A DNA stretch of 64,000 nucleotides from Candidatus Geohabitans tengchongensis (GTDB lineage: Bacteria; Sysuimicrobiota; Sysuimicrobiia; Sysuimicrobiales; Humicultoraceae). Location of the stretch: contig JAVKIH010000005.1 in assembly GCA_031459625.1 (NCBI GenBank), positions 1 to 64,000 on the forward strand, in the 5' to 3' direction. The notes beneath the pieces are model-generated. The model was not told where the DNA came from. It saw nothing but the letters and a program-made list of their open reading frames with translations, and did no database searches. The translations under genes were made by a program, and so were the position numbers. Below, in pieces: positions 11,493 to 21,572 of the stretch. Each line of letters begins with the position of its first letter. Positions within the stretch are counted from its first letter, which is position 1.

Positions 11493-12254
11493 ATGCGGCT
11501 GGCGGTGGTGATGGTGGTGGCGGTGGTCCTGGCCCCGGCGTGGGGCCTGGCCGTGCGCGGGCCGGCCGTGGGAGCGGCGCCGCCGGACGAGGACGAGGCC
11601 CTCCTGCGCCGGGCGCTGGGGACGTTCCTGCGCGACGCCAGCACGCTGCGGGTGGAGGCGGTGCCGGACCTCTACGAGGGCGGGTACGCCCGCATCAGCA
11701 TCTACGCCCGCGGGGCGCGCCTGGCCGAGAGCGGCCTGCGCATCGACGAGGCCTGGGTGCGCCTGGTGGGGGCCACGCTCAACCCGCGCGAGCTGCGTGC
11801 CGGGCACTTCCGCGTCGAGAGCGTGCGCGACAGCAGCCTCCACCTGCGCATCAGCCTGCGCAGCCTGGAGGAGCACTTCGCCGGGGGCAACCCGCGCAGC
11901 GACATCCGCCTGACCGCCGAGGACGGCTACCTGGTGGGCAGCGGCACGGTGCCCGTCAACGGCATCCCCACGCGGGTGCGGCTGCGCGGCTTCTTCGCCG
12001 TGGACGGCTCCACCGAGGTCTACTTCTACATCGAGACCGCTCACGTGAACGGCCTCCCCGTGCCCACGCCGCTCGTCCGGCGCCTGGAGCAGCAGATCAA
12101 CCCCATCCTCACCCAGCGCACCTGGCCGGTGACCTTCCGGCTGCGCAGCCTGCGGCTGGGCAAGGAGGACCTGGTGCTGAGCAGTCAGGGAGACGGCACC
12201 TGCCCGGCGTGCGGGGGCGTCGGCGGCGGTCAGGCCCCGGGCGTGAACCCCTGA
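11493..12254 (+). CDS. Exported protein, DUF2993/LmeA-like
   Basis: GGAGG RBS, signal peptide, beta-rich body; family assignment by general resemblance only. Confidence 0.5.
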   Translation: MRLAVVMVVAVVLAPAWGLAVRGPAVGAAPPDEDEALLRRALGTFLRDASTLRVEAVPDLYEGGYARISIYARGARLAESGLRIDEAWVRLVGATLNPRELRAGHFRVESVRDSSLHLRISLRSLEEHFAGGNPRSDIRLTAEDGYLVGSGTVPVNGIPTRVRLRGFFAVDGSTEVYFYIETAHVNGLPVPTPLVRRLEQQINPILTQRTWPVTFRLRSLRLGKEDLVLSSQGDGTCPACGGVGGGQAPGVNP

Positions 12255-12275
12255 GGCGGCGGTGCCGATGTCCCG

Positions 12276-14000
12276 ATGAGCCTGCCGTTCGGGGCGCTGG
12301 CCGACCTGCTGGAGCAGGTCCGGGCCACGCCGCGCAAGCTGGAGAAGATCGCGCTGCTGGCTCGCGTCTTCCAGGCCCTCGACGACGAGGACCTGCGCAC
12401 GGCCGCCACCTTCCTCACCGGTGCGCCCTTCCCCACGGGCGACCCCCGGCGGCTGCAGGTAGGGTGGTCGGCGCTCGTCGAGGCGCTCCAGGACCTCACC
12501 GGCGTCGACGACGCCACCCTGCACGACGCCTACCTCCGCCACGGGGACCTGGGCGAGGTGGCCGAGGAGGTCCTCGGCCGCTCCCCGGTCCGGCCGGGGG
12601 CGGGGCTCTTCGACGCCCACCCCACCGGGCCGCTCACGCTGCAGCAGGTGCGCCGGGCGTTCGAGGCGATCGCGGCGGCGGAGGGGCGCGGCTCGCGCGC
12701 CGCCAAGGTGGCGGCCCTGCGCGACCTCTTCCGGGCGGCCGCGCCGCGCGAGGCCAAGTACCTGGTGAAGGTGATGACCTCGGACATGCGCGTGGGGCTG
12801 CGCACGGGGCTGCTGGAGGAGGCGGTGGCCGCCGCCTTCGCCCCGGGCGGCCTGGCCGGGCGGCGGGCCCTGCTGCCGCTCGTGCGCCACGCCCACATGC
12901 GGCAGAGTCAGATCGGCGAGGTGGCGGTGCTGGCGCGCCACGGCCGCCTGGGGGAGGCGCGCCTGGTCCTCTTCCGGCCGGTGCACTTCATGCTGGCCGA
13001 GACGATCTTCGCGCCCGAGGAGGCCTTCGCCGACGCCGCGGGAGGGGAGGTGTTGGCCGAGGACAAGTACGACGGCATCCGCGCCCAGGTGCATGTCGCC
13101 CCGGGCCGGGTGGCCATCTTCACGCGCACCCTCGACGAGGTCACCGCCAGCTTCCCCGACCTCGTGCCCGACCTGCAGGCCCTCGCCCGCACCTGCATCG
13201 CCGACGGCGAGATCCTGGTCTGGCGCGGAGAGCGGCCGCTCGGCTTCGGCCTGCTGCAGCAGCGGCTGCGCCGCAAGGACCCGGGTCCGCTGGTCCGCGA
13301 GGCCCCGGTGGTCTTCTTCGCCTTCGACCTCCTCCACCTCGACGGCGCCGACCTGCTCGACCGGCCGCTCGGGGAGCGGCGGCGGCGGCTGGAGGGGCTG
13401 CGCATGGGCGAGCGCGTCCGCCCCTCGCACGCGGCGCCGGTGGCCGACGCGGCGGCGCTGGGCCAGCGCTTCCGCGAGGCGCGCGACCGCGGCAACGAAG
13501 GGGTGGTGGTGAAGCGCCTCCAGAGCCCCTACCTGCCGGGGCGGCGCGGCCGCCACTGGATGAAGCTCAAGGAGGAGCTGGCCACCCTCGACGTCGTGGT
13601 GGTGGCGGCGGAGCACGGCCACGGCCGCCGGGCGGCGGTCCTCTCCGACGTCACCTTCGCCGTGCGCGACGGGGACCGGCTGCGCACCATCGGCAAGGCC
13701 TACTCCGGCCTCACCGACCAGGAGATCGCCGAGCTCACCCGCTGGTTCCAGGCGCACACGGTGCGCGACCTGGGCCGGGTCAAGGTGGTGGAGCCGCGGG
13801 TGGTGCTGGAGGTGGCCTTCGACGCCATCACGCGCAGCGACCGTCACGACTCCGGCTACGCCCTGCGCTTCCCCCGCATCAAGCGCCTGCGCCCCGACCT
13901 CACCCCCGCGCAGATCAGCACGCTGGAGGACGTCCGCCGCCTCTACGAGCGCCAGCTGGTGCGGGGGGAGGGGGCCGCGCGGGCGCGCGCCCGGGCCTAG
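12276..14000 (+). CDS. ATP-dependent DNA ligase (LigB/archaeal type, with N-terminal DNA-binding domain)
   Basis: EDKYDGIRAQVH (motif I), DGE, FDLL, EGVVVK, WMKLK, ALRFPR. Confidence 0.93.
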   Translation: MSLPFGALADLLEQVRATPRKLEKIALLARVFQALDDEDLRTAATFLTGAPFPTGDPRRLQVGWSALVEALQDLTGVDDATLHDAYLRHGDLGEVAEEVLGRSPVRPGAGLFDAHPTGPLTLQQVRRAFEAIAAAEGRGSRAAKVAALRDLFRAAAPREAKYLVKVMTSDMRVGLRTGLLEEAVAAAFAPGGLAGRRALLPLVRHAHMRQSQIGEVAVLARHGRLGEARLVLFRPVHFMLAETIFAPEEAFADAAGGEVLAEDKYDGIRAQVHVAPGRVAIFTRTLDEVTASFPDLVPDLQALARTCIADGEILVWRGERPLGFGLLQQRLRRKDPGPLVREAPVVFFAFDLLHLDGADLLDRPLGERRRRLEGLRMGERVRPSHAAPVADAAALGQRFREARDRGNEGVVVKRLQSPYLPGRRGRHWMKLKEELATLDVVVVAAEHGHGRRAAVLSDVTFAVRDGDRLRTIGKAYSGLTDQEIAELTRWFQAHTVRDLGRVKVVEPRVVLEVAFDAITRSDRHDSGYALRFPRIKRLRPDLTPAQISTLEDVRRLYERQLVRGEGAARARARA

Positions 14001-14120
14001 GCCGGCACGGCGGCCGCCGGGCTCACCGGCGCTGCGTGCTCCGTGAGGTGTGTCGGCGGTAGACTGCCGGTAGGGGGGCGCGGCCCGGTCTCCCCGGTGA
14101 TCCGTGGCCGGAGGGCAACG

Positions 14121-14675
14121 ATGAGCGTGCAGCTCAAGAAGTGGACAGTGGAGGAGTATGAGCGGCTCGTGGCCCTGGGTGCGCTGACGGAGCACGACCG
14201 GGTGCAGCTCGTGGAAGGGGAGATCGTGGAGATGATTCCGCAGAACGCGCCGCACATGACCGCCGTGCGGCTCGTTGAGGAGGCCTTGCGGGAGGCTTTT
14301 GGCAGGGGGTTCGACGTTCGAGCGCAGGGCCCTCTGGCGCTGGCTCCCGACTCCGAGCCGGAGCCCGACGTGGCGGTGGTGCGGGGCACCCCCAGGGATT
14401 ACCGGGATCGGCACCCCGGCGCGGACGACACGCTCCTGGTGGTCGAGGTGGCGGACGCCACGCTGACCTTCGACCGGGAGCGCAAGGGGAGGGTGTACGC
14501 CAGGGCGGGGATTCCCGAGTACTGGATCCTGAACCTCCACAGCCGCGAGCTGGAGGTCTACCGGGAGCCCGCCGGAGCGGCGTACCGGCTGCAGATGGTG
14601 CTGCGGGGAGGGGAGACGGTGGCTCCTCTCGCCCGTCCAGACGTGCGGATCCCGGTGGGCGAGCTGCTGCCCTGA
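14121..14675 (+). CDS. Uma2-family (PD-(D/E)XK) putative endonuclease
   Basis: WTVEEY, LVEGEIVEM, SEPEPDVAVV, LVVEVAD, YARAGIPEYWILNL. Confidence 0.88.
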   Translation: MSVQLKKWTVEEYERLVALGALTEHDRVQLVEGEIVEMIPQNAPHMTAVRLVEEALREAFGRGFDVRAQGPLALAPDSEPEPDVAVVRGTPRDYRDRHPGADDTLLVVEVADATLTFDRERKGRVYARAGIPEYWILNLHSRELEVYREPAGAAYRLQMVLRGGETVAPLARPDVRIPVGELLP

Positions 14676-14811
14676 TCGGAGGGCGTCCAAGCGGGGAAGG
14701 GTCTCCTGGCCGAGACCTACGCCTCGCGGTCCGGGGGAGCCCCGCGGGTTGCGCGTGACCGCGCCGGCTCCACCGCGCTGTCGCGGCAGGGCGTAGAATG
14801 GACGTGGGTTC

Positions 14812-16134
14812 ATGCCGACGCCCCGCGCCGTCCTCGGCTTCGCCCTGCTGGCCCTGGCGCTCGCTGCCGTCGCCCCGCTGCCGGCCGGCTGGGCGGCCGT
14901 GCCCGCGGGGCCGCCCCGCGTCCTGCGCATCGACGTGGACGGCGTGATCGCCCCGGCGACGGCGCGCTACATCGCCCGCGCTATTCGCCAGGCGGAGGAG
15001 GAGCGGGCGGCGGCGCTGCTCATCCGGCTCGACACCCCCGGTGGGCTGCTGAAGTCCATGGACGACATCACCAAGGTGATGCTCAACGCCGGGGTGCCGC
15101 TGATCGTCTGGGTGGGGCCGGAAGGCGCCCGCGCCGCCTCGGCCGGCGTGTGGGTGACCTACGCGGCCCACATCGCCGCCATGGCCCCCGCCACCCGTAT
15201 CGGCGCCGCCCACCCGGTGGGCGTGGGGCAGGGGGAGCAGGACCGCACGCTCATGGAGAAGGTCACCAACGACGCCGTGGCCAGCCTGCAGGCCATCGCG
15301 CGGCGGCGCGGGCGCAACGCCGCCTGGGCGGAGCGGGCGGTGCGCCAGTCGGTCTCGGCGACGGCGGACGAGGCGGTGCGATTGGACGTCGTCGACCTGG
15401 TCGCGCCCACGGTCGACCACCTCCTGCGCCGCGTCCACGGCCGCACCGTGGAGACCGCCCTCGGCCCGCGGCGGCTGCGCACGGCGGACGCGCGCGTCGT
15501 GGCGGTGGGCATGGACGTCACCGAGGAGTTCCTGAGCCTGCTCAGCGACCCCAACGTCGGCTTCATCCTGCTGAACATCGGCATCGTCGGCGTCCTGGCC
15601 GAGCTCTACAACCCCGGCGCGATCCTCCCGGGGGTCGTCGGCGGGATCGCCCTGATCCTGGGGCTGGCCTCCTTCGCCATCCTGGAGGTGAACGTCGCCG
15701 GGCTGCTGCTCATCGCGCTGGCCGTGCTGCTCTTCATCGCCGACATCAAGGTCCCCGGCCACGGCGTGCTGACGGTGGGCGGCGTGGTGGCCTTCATCTT
15801 CGGCGCCATCCTCCTCACCGAGCGGCAGGCCCCCTTCCTGCGCATCTCGCTGCAGCTCATCGTGGCCGTGGCGCTGGCCATGGCGGGCTTCTCCCTTTTC
15901 GCCCTGGGCGCCGGGCTGCGGGCGCAGCGCCGCGCCCCGGCCATGGTGGGGCTGGAGGTGGTGGGGCAGGTGGGCGTGGCCCGCTCCGACCTGGCCCCCG
16001 AAGGGACGGTGCACGTCGCCGGGGAGGAGTGGAGTGCGGTGGCCGTGGACGGGACGATCCCCGCGGGGCAGCGGGTGCGCGTGGTCGGGCGGGAGGGGCT
16101 GCGGCTGTACGTCGAGCCGGAGACGCGGCGGTAG
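14812..16134 (+). CDS. nfeD: NfeD-family membrane-bound ClpP-class protease
   Basis: LDTPGG, AASAG, IGAAHPV, several TM helices, C-terminal OB-like 'GEEWSA' domain. Confidence 0.9.
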   Translation: MPTPRAVLGFALLALALAAVAPLPAGWAAVPAGPPRVLRIDVDGVIAPATARYIARAIRQAEEERAAALLIRLDTPGGLLKSMDDITKVMLNAGVPLIVWVGPEGARAASAGVWVTYAAHIAAMAPATRIGAAHPVGVGQGEQDRTLMEKVTNDAVASLQAIARRRGRNAAWAERAVRQSVSATADEAVRLDVVDLVAPTVDHLLRRVHGRTVETALGPRRLRTADARVVAVGMDVTEEFLSLLSDPNVGFILLNIGIVGVLAELYNPGAILPGVVGGIALILGLASFAILEVNVAGLLLIALAVLLFIADIKVPGHGVLTVGGVVAFIFGAILLTERQAPFLRISLQLIVAVALAMAGFSLFALGAGLRAQRRAPAMVGLEVVGQVGVARSDLAPEGTVHVAGEEWSAVAVDGTIPAGQRVRVVGREGLRLYVEPETRR

Positions 16135-16152
16135 CGCGTGCGGAGGGAGGGA

Positions 16153-16665
16153 ATGGGCGCCGGGCCACGCCGCGCAGCAAGCGTCCAGGGCACGCCGGTG
16201 CGGCTCACGGTGACCACGCACAGCGAAGCGGAGACGGTGGCGCTGGGCCGGCGCCTCGGCGCGGCCCTCCAGGCGGGCGACGTGGTCGCCCTCACCGGTG
16301 ACCTGGGGACGGGCAAGACGGCGCTGGCCCGCGGCATCGCCGAAGGGGCCGGCGCGCGCGGGTACGTGGCCAGCCCCACCTTCACCCTTATCCGGGAGTA
16401 CCGGGGGCGCGTCCCGGTCTTCCACGTCGACCTCTACCGGCTCGAGCCGGGGGACCTGGCCACGCTCGGCCTGGAGGAGGTGCTGGAGGCAGGGATCACG
16501 GTGATCGAGTGGGCGGAGAAAGCGGAGGCGTTCCTCCGCCCGCCGCTGCTGCGCGTCCACCTGGCCTTCGCCGACGCGCCCGAGGAGCGCGTCCTCACCC
16601 TGGAGGCCCGGGGCCGCGGACCGGAGGCGGCGCTGGCCAACCTGGAGGCCGTCCCCACGGAGTAA
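16153..16665 (+). CDS. tsaE: tRNA t6A biosynthesis ATPase TsaE
   Basis: GDLGTGKT, SPTFTL, HVDLYRL, IEWAE; start approximate. Confidence 0.93.
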   Translation: MGAGPRRAASVQGTPVRLTVTTHSEAETVALGRRLGAALQAGDVVALTGDLGTGKTALARGIAEGAGARGYVASPTFTLIREYRGRVPVFHVDLYRLEPGDLATLGLEEVLEAGITVIEWAEKAEAFLRPPLLRVHLAFADAPEERVLTLEARGRGPEAALANLEAVPTE

Positions 16666-16671
16666 CCCCCC

Positions 16672-17385
16672 ATGCGCGTGCTGGGCATCGAGACCGCCAC
16701 CCCAGCGGGCAGCGTGGCCCTGGTGGGCCCGGAGGGGTTGCTGGGCGAGGTGACGGCGCAGGTGCCGATGCGCCACCTGGAGTGGCTCCTGCCGGCCATC
16801 GACCGCCTCCTAGCCGACCTGGGGTTGGGGCGGGACGCGGTGGAGGGCGTGGGGGTCTCGCGCGGTCCGGGAGGGTTTACCGGGCTGCGCATCGGGATCG
16901 CCACGGCCCAGGCCTGGGCCCGCAGCGCGGGGTGCCCCGTGGTCAGCGTTCCCACCCTGGAAGCGCTGGCCGCGGCGGCCGGGGCCCCCGGCCACGTCCT
17001 CCCCCTGCTCGACGCGCGGCGGGGGGAGGTGGCCGCCGCCCTCTTCCGCGCGGAGGCCGCTCCGCCCAGGCCCGGCGAGGCGGCCGGGCTCTCCCTCGTG
17101 CGCCTCCTCGACGACACCCTGCTGCCGCCCGACGACCTGAGCACCTTCGTCCCGCCAGACGCGGCGCCGCTCCTCCTGCTGGGGGACGCCCTGGTGCGCT
17201 ACCGGGAGATCATCAGCCGGACGCTGCCGGCGGCGGTGGTCTTGCCGCCGGTGACCTGGACGCCGCGGGCGGCCTGGGTGGCGGCGCTGGCCCGGGAGCG
17301 GCTGCTGCGGGGCGAGCGGGACGACCTCTACCGCCTCCACCCGGTCTACGGCCGCCGCCCCTACGTCGAGACGCAGCCCTCCTGA
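16672..17385 (+). CDS. tsaB: tRNA t6A biosynthesis protein TsaB
   Basis: LGIETAT, GPGGFTGLRIG, DARRGEV. Confidence 0.93.
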   Translation: MRVLGIETATPAGSVALVGPEGLLGEVTAQVPMRHLEWLLPAIDRLLADLGLGRDAVEGVGVSRGPGGFTGLRIGIATAQAWARSAGCPVVSVPTLEALAAAAGAPGHVLPLLDARRGEVAAALFRAEAAPPRPGEAAGLSLVRLLDDTLLPPDDLSTFVPPDAAPLLLLGDALVRYREIISRTLPAAVVLPPVTWTPRAAWVAALARERLLRGERDDLYRLHPVYGRRPYVETQPS

Positions 17386-17481
17386 CCGGACCCTGCCGGC
17401 GGGCGCCGACGACCGCCGCCGGTGCGGGAGCGAGCTCCGCGGGTGCGGTAGAATCTAGGACGTCGCCGGGACGGCTGGACC

Positions 17482-17994
17482 ATGAAGCAGATCGCCCAGG
17501 TCGAGATCGCGCCGATGCGGCCCGAGGACATCCCGCAGGTGCTCGAGATCGAGCGCCGCTCCTTTGCCACGCCCTGGCCGCGGGACGCCTACCATCATGA
17601 GCTGGACCACAACCGCACCGCCGTCTACCTGGTGGCGCGCAGCGGCGGACGCGTGGTCGGGTATGCGGGGATGTGGGTGGTGATGGACGAGGCGCACATC
17701 ACCACCATCGCCGTCGACCCCGCCCGCCGCGGCGAGGGGATCGGCGAGCGGCTCCTGGTGGAGCTGATCAGCCGCGCCTACGAGCGGCGGGCGCGCTGGG
17801 TGCAGCTGGAGGTGCGCCGCAGCAACCAGGTGGCCCAGAACCTCTACCGCAAGTACGGCTTCCGCGACGTGGGCGTGCGCCGCCACTACTACAGCGACAA
17901 CGGCGAGGACGCCCTGGTGATGTGGACGGGCAACATCTGGGAGCCCGACTACCAGGAGCGCTTCGAGCGACTGCGCCGGGGGCTCGGGTCATAG
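17482..17994 (+). CDS. rimI: Ribosomal protein S18 alanine N-acetyltransferase
   Basis: EAHITTIAV, LEVRRSN..AQNLYRKYGF, YYSDNGEDALVM. Confidence 0.92.
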   Translation: MKQIAQVEIAPMRPEDIPQVLEIERRSFATPWPRDAYHHELDHNRTAVYLVARSGGRVVGYAGMWVVMDEAHITTIAVDPARRGEGIGERLLVELISRAYERRARWVQLEVRRSNQVAQNLYRKYGFRDVGVRRHYYSDNGEDALVMWTGNIWEPDYQERFERLRRGLGS

Positions 17995-19019
17995 CCTCCC
18001 TGGTCCTGGGGATCGAGACCTCCTGCGACGAGACCGCGGCGGCGGTGGTGGACGCCGCCTTCCGCGTGCGCAGCAACGTCATCGCCTCCCAGGCCGACCT
18101 GCACCGGCGCTTCGGCGGCGTGGTCCCGGAGCTGGCCGCGCGCCACCACGTCGAGCGGCTGCCGGCGGTGCTGGACGAGGCGCTGGAGCAGGCCGGCGTC
18201 GACCTGCGCGCCATCACCGCCGTGGCGGTGACGTGTGGGCCAGGGCTCGTGGGCAGCCTCTCGGTGGGGGTGGCCGCCGCCAAGGCGCTGGCCTACACCC
18301 GCGGCTGCCCGCTCGTGGGCGTGAACCACCTGGAGGGGCACGTCTACGCGAACCGGCTCACCGGCGCGCCCTGGACGCTGCCGGCTGTGGCGCTGATCGT
18401 CTCCGGCGCCCACACCGACCTCGTCCACATGCCGGGGGAGCGCCGCTACCGGGTGCTGGGGCGGACGCGCGACGACGCGGCCGGCGAGGCCTTCGACAAG
18501 ATCGCCCGGGCGATGGGCCTGGGCTACCCCGGGGGCCCGCGCCTGGACCGCCTGGCCGAGGAGGGCGACCCGGACGCCCTGCCCTTCCCGCCGGCCTTCC
18601 TGGATGGCGGGGAGGAGTTCTCCTTCAGCGGGCTCAAGACCGCGGCCCTGCGCCTGTGGCGGGCGGGCCCCCAGGAGGACGACGTCTTCCGCCGGCACTT
18701 CGCCGCAGGCTTCCGCCGCGCCGTGGTGGAGGCGCTGGTGACCAAGCTCTTCCGCGCCGTCGACCGCCTGCGCCCGCGGACGGTCATGTTGGCCGGCGGC
18801 GTAGCCGCCAACGCCCTGCTGCGCCGGCGTGTGGCCGCGGAGGCGGCCCGCCGCGACCTCCCCGTCCTGATCCCCCCGCCGGTCCTGTGCACCGACAACG
18901 CCGCCATGATCGCCGCCGCCGGGCTCGTCCGGCTGGCCCAGGGGGAGCGCGACGACCTGCGCCTGGGCGCGGCGGCCGACCTGCCGCTCGACGGGGCTGG
19001 AGAAGTTGATCCTTCCTGA
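17991..19019 (+). CDS. tsaD: tRNA N6-adenosine threonylcarbamoyltransferase TsaD
   Basis: LGIETSCDET, HLEGH, SGAHT, DDAAGEAFDK, CTDNAAMI; start codon uncertain (see findings). Confidence 0.95.
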   Translation: MASLVLGIETSCDETAAAVVDAAFRVRSNVIASQADLHRRFGGVVPELAARHHVERLPAVLDEALEQAGVDLRAITAVAVTCGPGLVGSLSVGVAAAKALAYTRGCPLVGVNHLEGHVYANRLTGAPWTLPAVALIVSGAHTDLVHMPGERRYRVLGRTRDDAAGEAFDKIARAMGLGYPGGPRLDRLAEEGDPDALPFPPAFLDGGEEFSFSGLKTAALRLWRAGPQEDDVFRRHFAAGFRRAVVEALVTKLFRAVDRLRPRTVMLAGGVAANALLRRRVAAEAARRDLPVLIPPPVLCTDNAAMIAAAGLVRLAQGERDDLRLGAAADLPLDGAGEVDPS

Positions 19020-19234
19020 ACATCGTCCACAGGGGGTGTGAGCCGGCCCTGTGGACAATGTGGACAGGCTGTGGGCAAGGCCGGGAGCGCCCCCCCCAGG
19101 CGCCGGCCGACCGCCCGGAAGCCGCCGGCCGCCACCGCCTACCGGTCGCCACCGCCGGGCCCGGGCCGGCCGCCGGGCGCCGCCAACTTCGGGCTTGCCC
19201 CCGCCGCCACCCCCTCGCTAACATGGGGGGCGGA

Positions 19235-19261
19235 TTAGCACTCACCGGGGAAGAGTGCTAA
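19235..19261 (+). promoter_or_regulatory. CIRCE element (HrcA operator)
   Basis: Perfect TTAGCACTC-N9-GAGTGCTAA upstream of groES; candidate promoter TTGCCC-N18-TAACAT at 19195-19224. Confidence 0.96.
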
Positions 19262-19302
19262 TGCCCCACCGCACACACCACACGGACGAAGGAGGGAGGA
19301 GC

Positions 19303-19611
19303 ATGCAGCTTCGGCCGTTGGGCGACCGCGTGGTCGTCAAGCCGCTCGAGGAGGAGGAGCGCACCCGCGGCGGCATCGTCCTGCCCGACACGGCGAAGGA
19401 GAAGCCGCAGCACGGGGAGGTCGTCGCCGTCGGACCGGGGGAGTGGGACGAGGAGGGGAAGCGGCGCCTGCCGCTGGACGTCAAGGTGGGCGACCGGGTG
19501 CTCTTCGCCAAGTACGCGGGCACCGAGGTCAAGCTGGAGGACCAGGAGTACCTGATCCTGCGGCAGAGCGACATCCTGGCCGTCGTCGAGCGGGAGCCGG
19601 CGAAGGTCTAG
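19303..19611 (+). CDS. groES: Co-chaperonin GroES
   Basis: [40 protein letters not shown]. Confidence 0.97.
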   Translation: MQLRPLGDRVVVKPLEEEERTRGGIVLPDTAKEKPQHGEVVAVGPGEWDEEGKRRLPLDVKVGDRVLFAKYAGTEVKLEDQEYLILRQSDILAVVEREPAKV

Positions 19612-19661
19612 CGGTCCCGGCCGGCGGCGGGTCGCTGGTGCAGAAGTCCCCCACGAGGTGA

Positions 19662-21278
<1,617 letters not shown>

Positions 21279-21307
21279 CGGGCCTTCCCCCGCACCCGGC
21301 CCGCGAC

Positions 21308-21342
21308 CAGGCCCCGGCCCATGTGGCCGGGGCCTGTGTCTT
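21308..21342 (+). terminator. Putative intrinsic terminator of groESL
   Basis: 12-bp stem CAGGCCCCGGCC/GGCCGGGGCCTG followed by a weak T-tract (TGTCTT). Confidence 0.6.
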
Positions 21343-21392
21343 GGGGTCGTGAACCGCCGCCGAACCCCCATGACGGCGCCCCGGGAAGGAGT

Positions 21393-21502
21393 AAAATCCG
21401 AACGATTCCCCTGCTTGAGGCAAACAGTTGCAGTCTATAAAGTTCCGTGCTACTGTCTCATCGGCGCAAACATTGCCAATGTGGGTGAAAACACGAACAA
21501 TA
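21393..21502 (+). promoter_or_regulatory. pur operon promoter region with two PurBox-like sites
   Basis: AT-rich island; AAAATCCGAACGATT (21393-21407) and AAAACACGAACAATA (21488-21502) flank TTGCAG-N17-TACTGT (21428-21456, with TGn extension). Confidence 0.6.
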
Positions 21503-21572
21503 GTGGAAGGCAACGGCACCTCTTACCATCTATGCGGGTCCTGAAGCGCCCTGTGCGGATCCTGGCCGTCCC

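Noticed and set aside
12276..14675. Ligase plus Uma2 nuclease as a defence or NHEJ module
   Set aside because: No Ku, LigD domains or defence partners; Uma2 genes are commonly scattered singly.
10452..14930. 1492-aa minus-strand ORF and many other long overlapping ORFs
   Set aside because: Shadow frames of real genes in very high-GC DNA; Arg/Pro/Gly-rich with no recognisable motifs.
19021..19200. Replication origin at the DnaA-box cluster
   Set aside because: No AT-rich unwinding element and no dnaA, dnaN or other origin-linked genes in the window.
21279..21572. Purine, ZTP or PRPP riboswitch upstream of the pur operon
   Set aside because: Conserved aptamer motifs and an expression-platform terminator were not found by eye.
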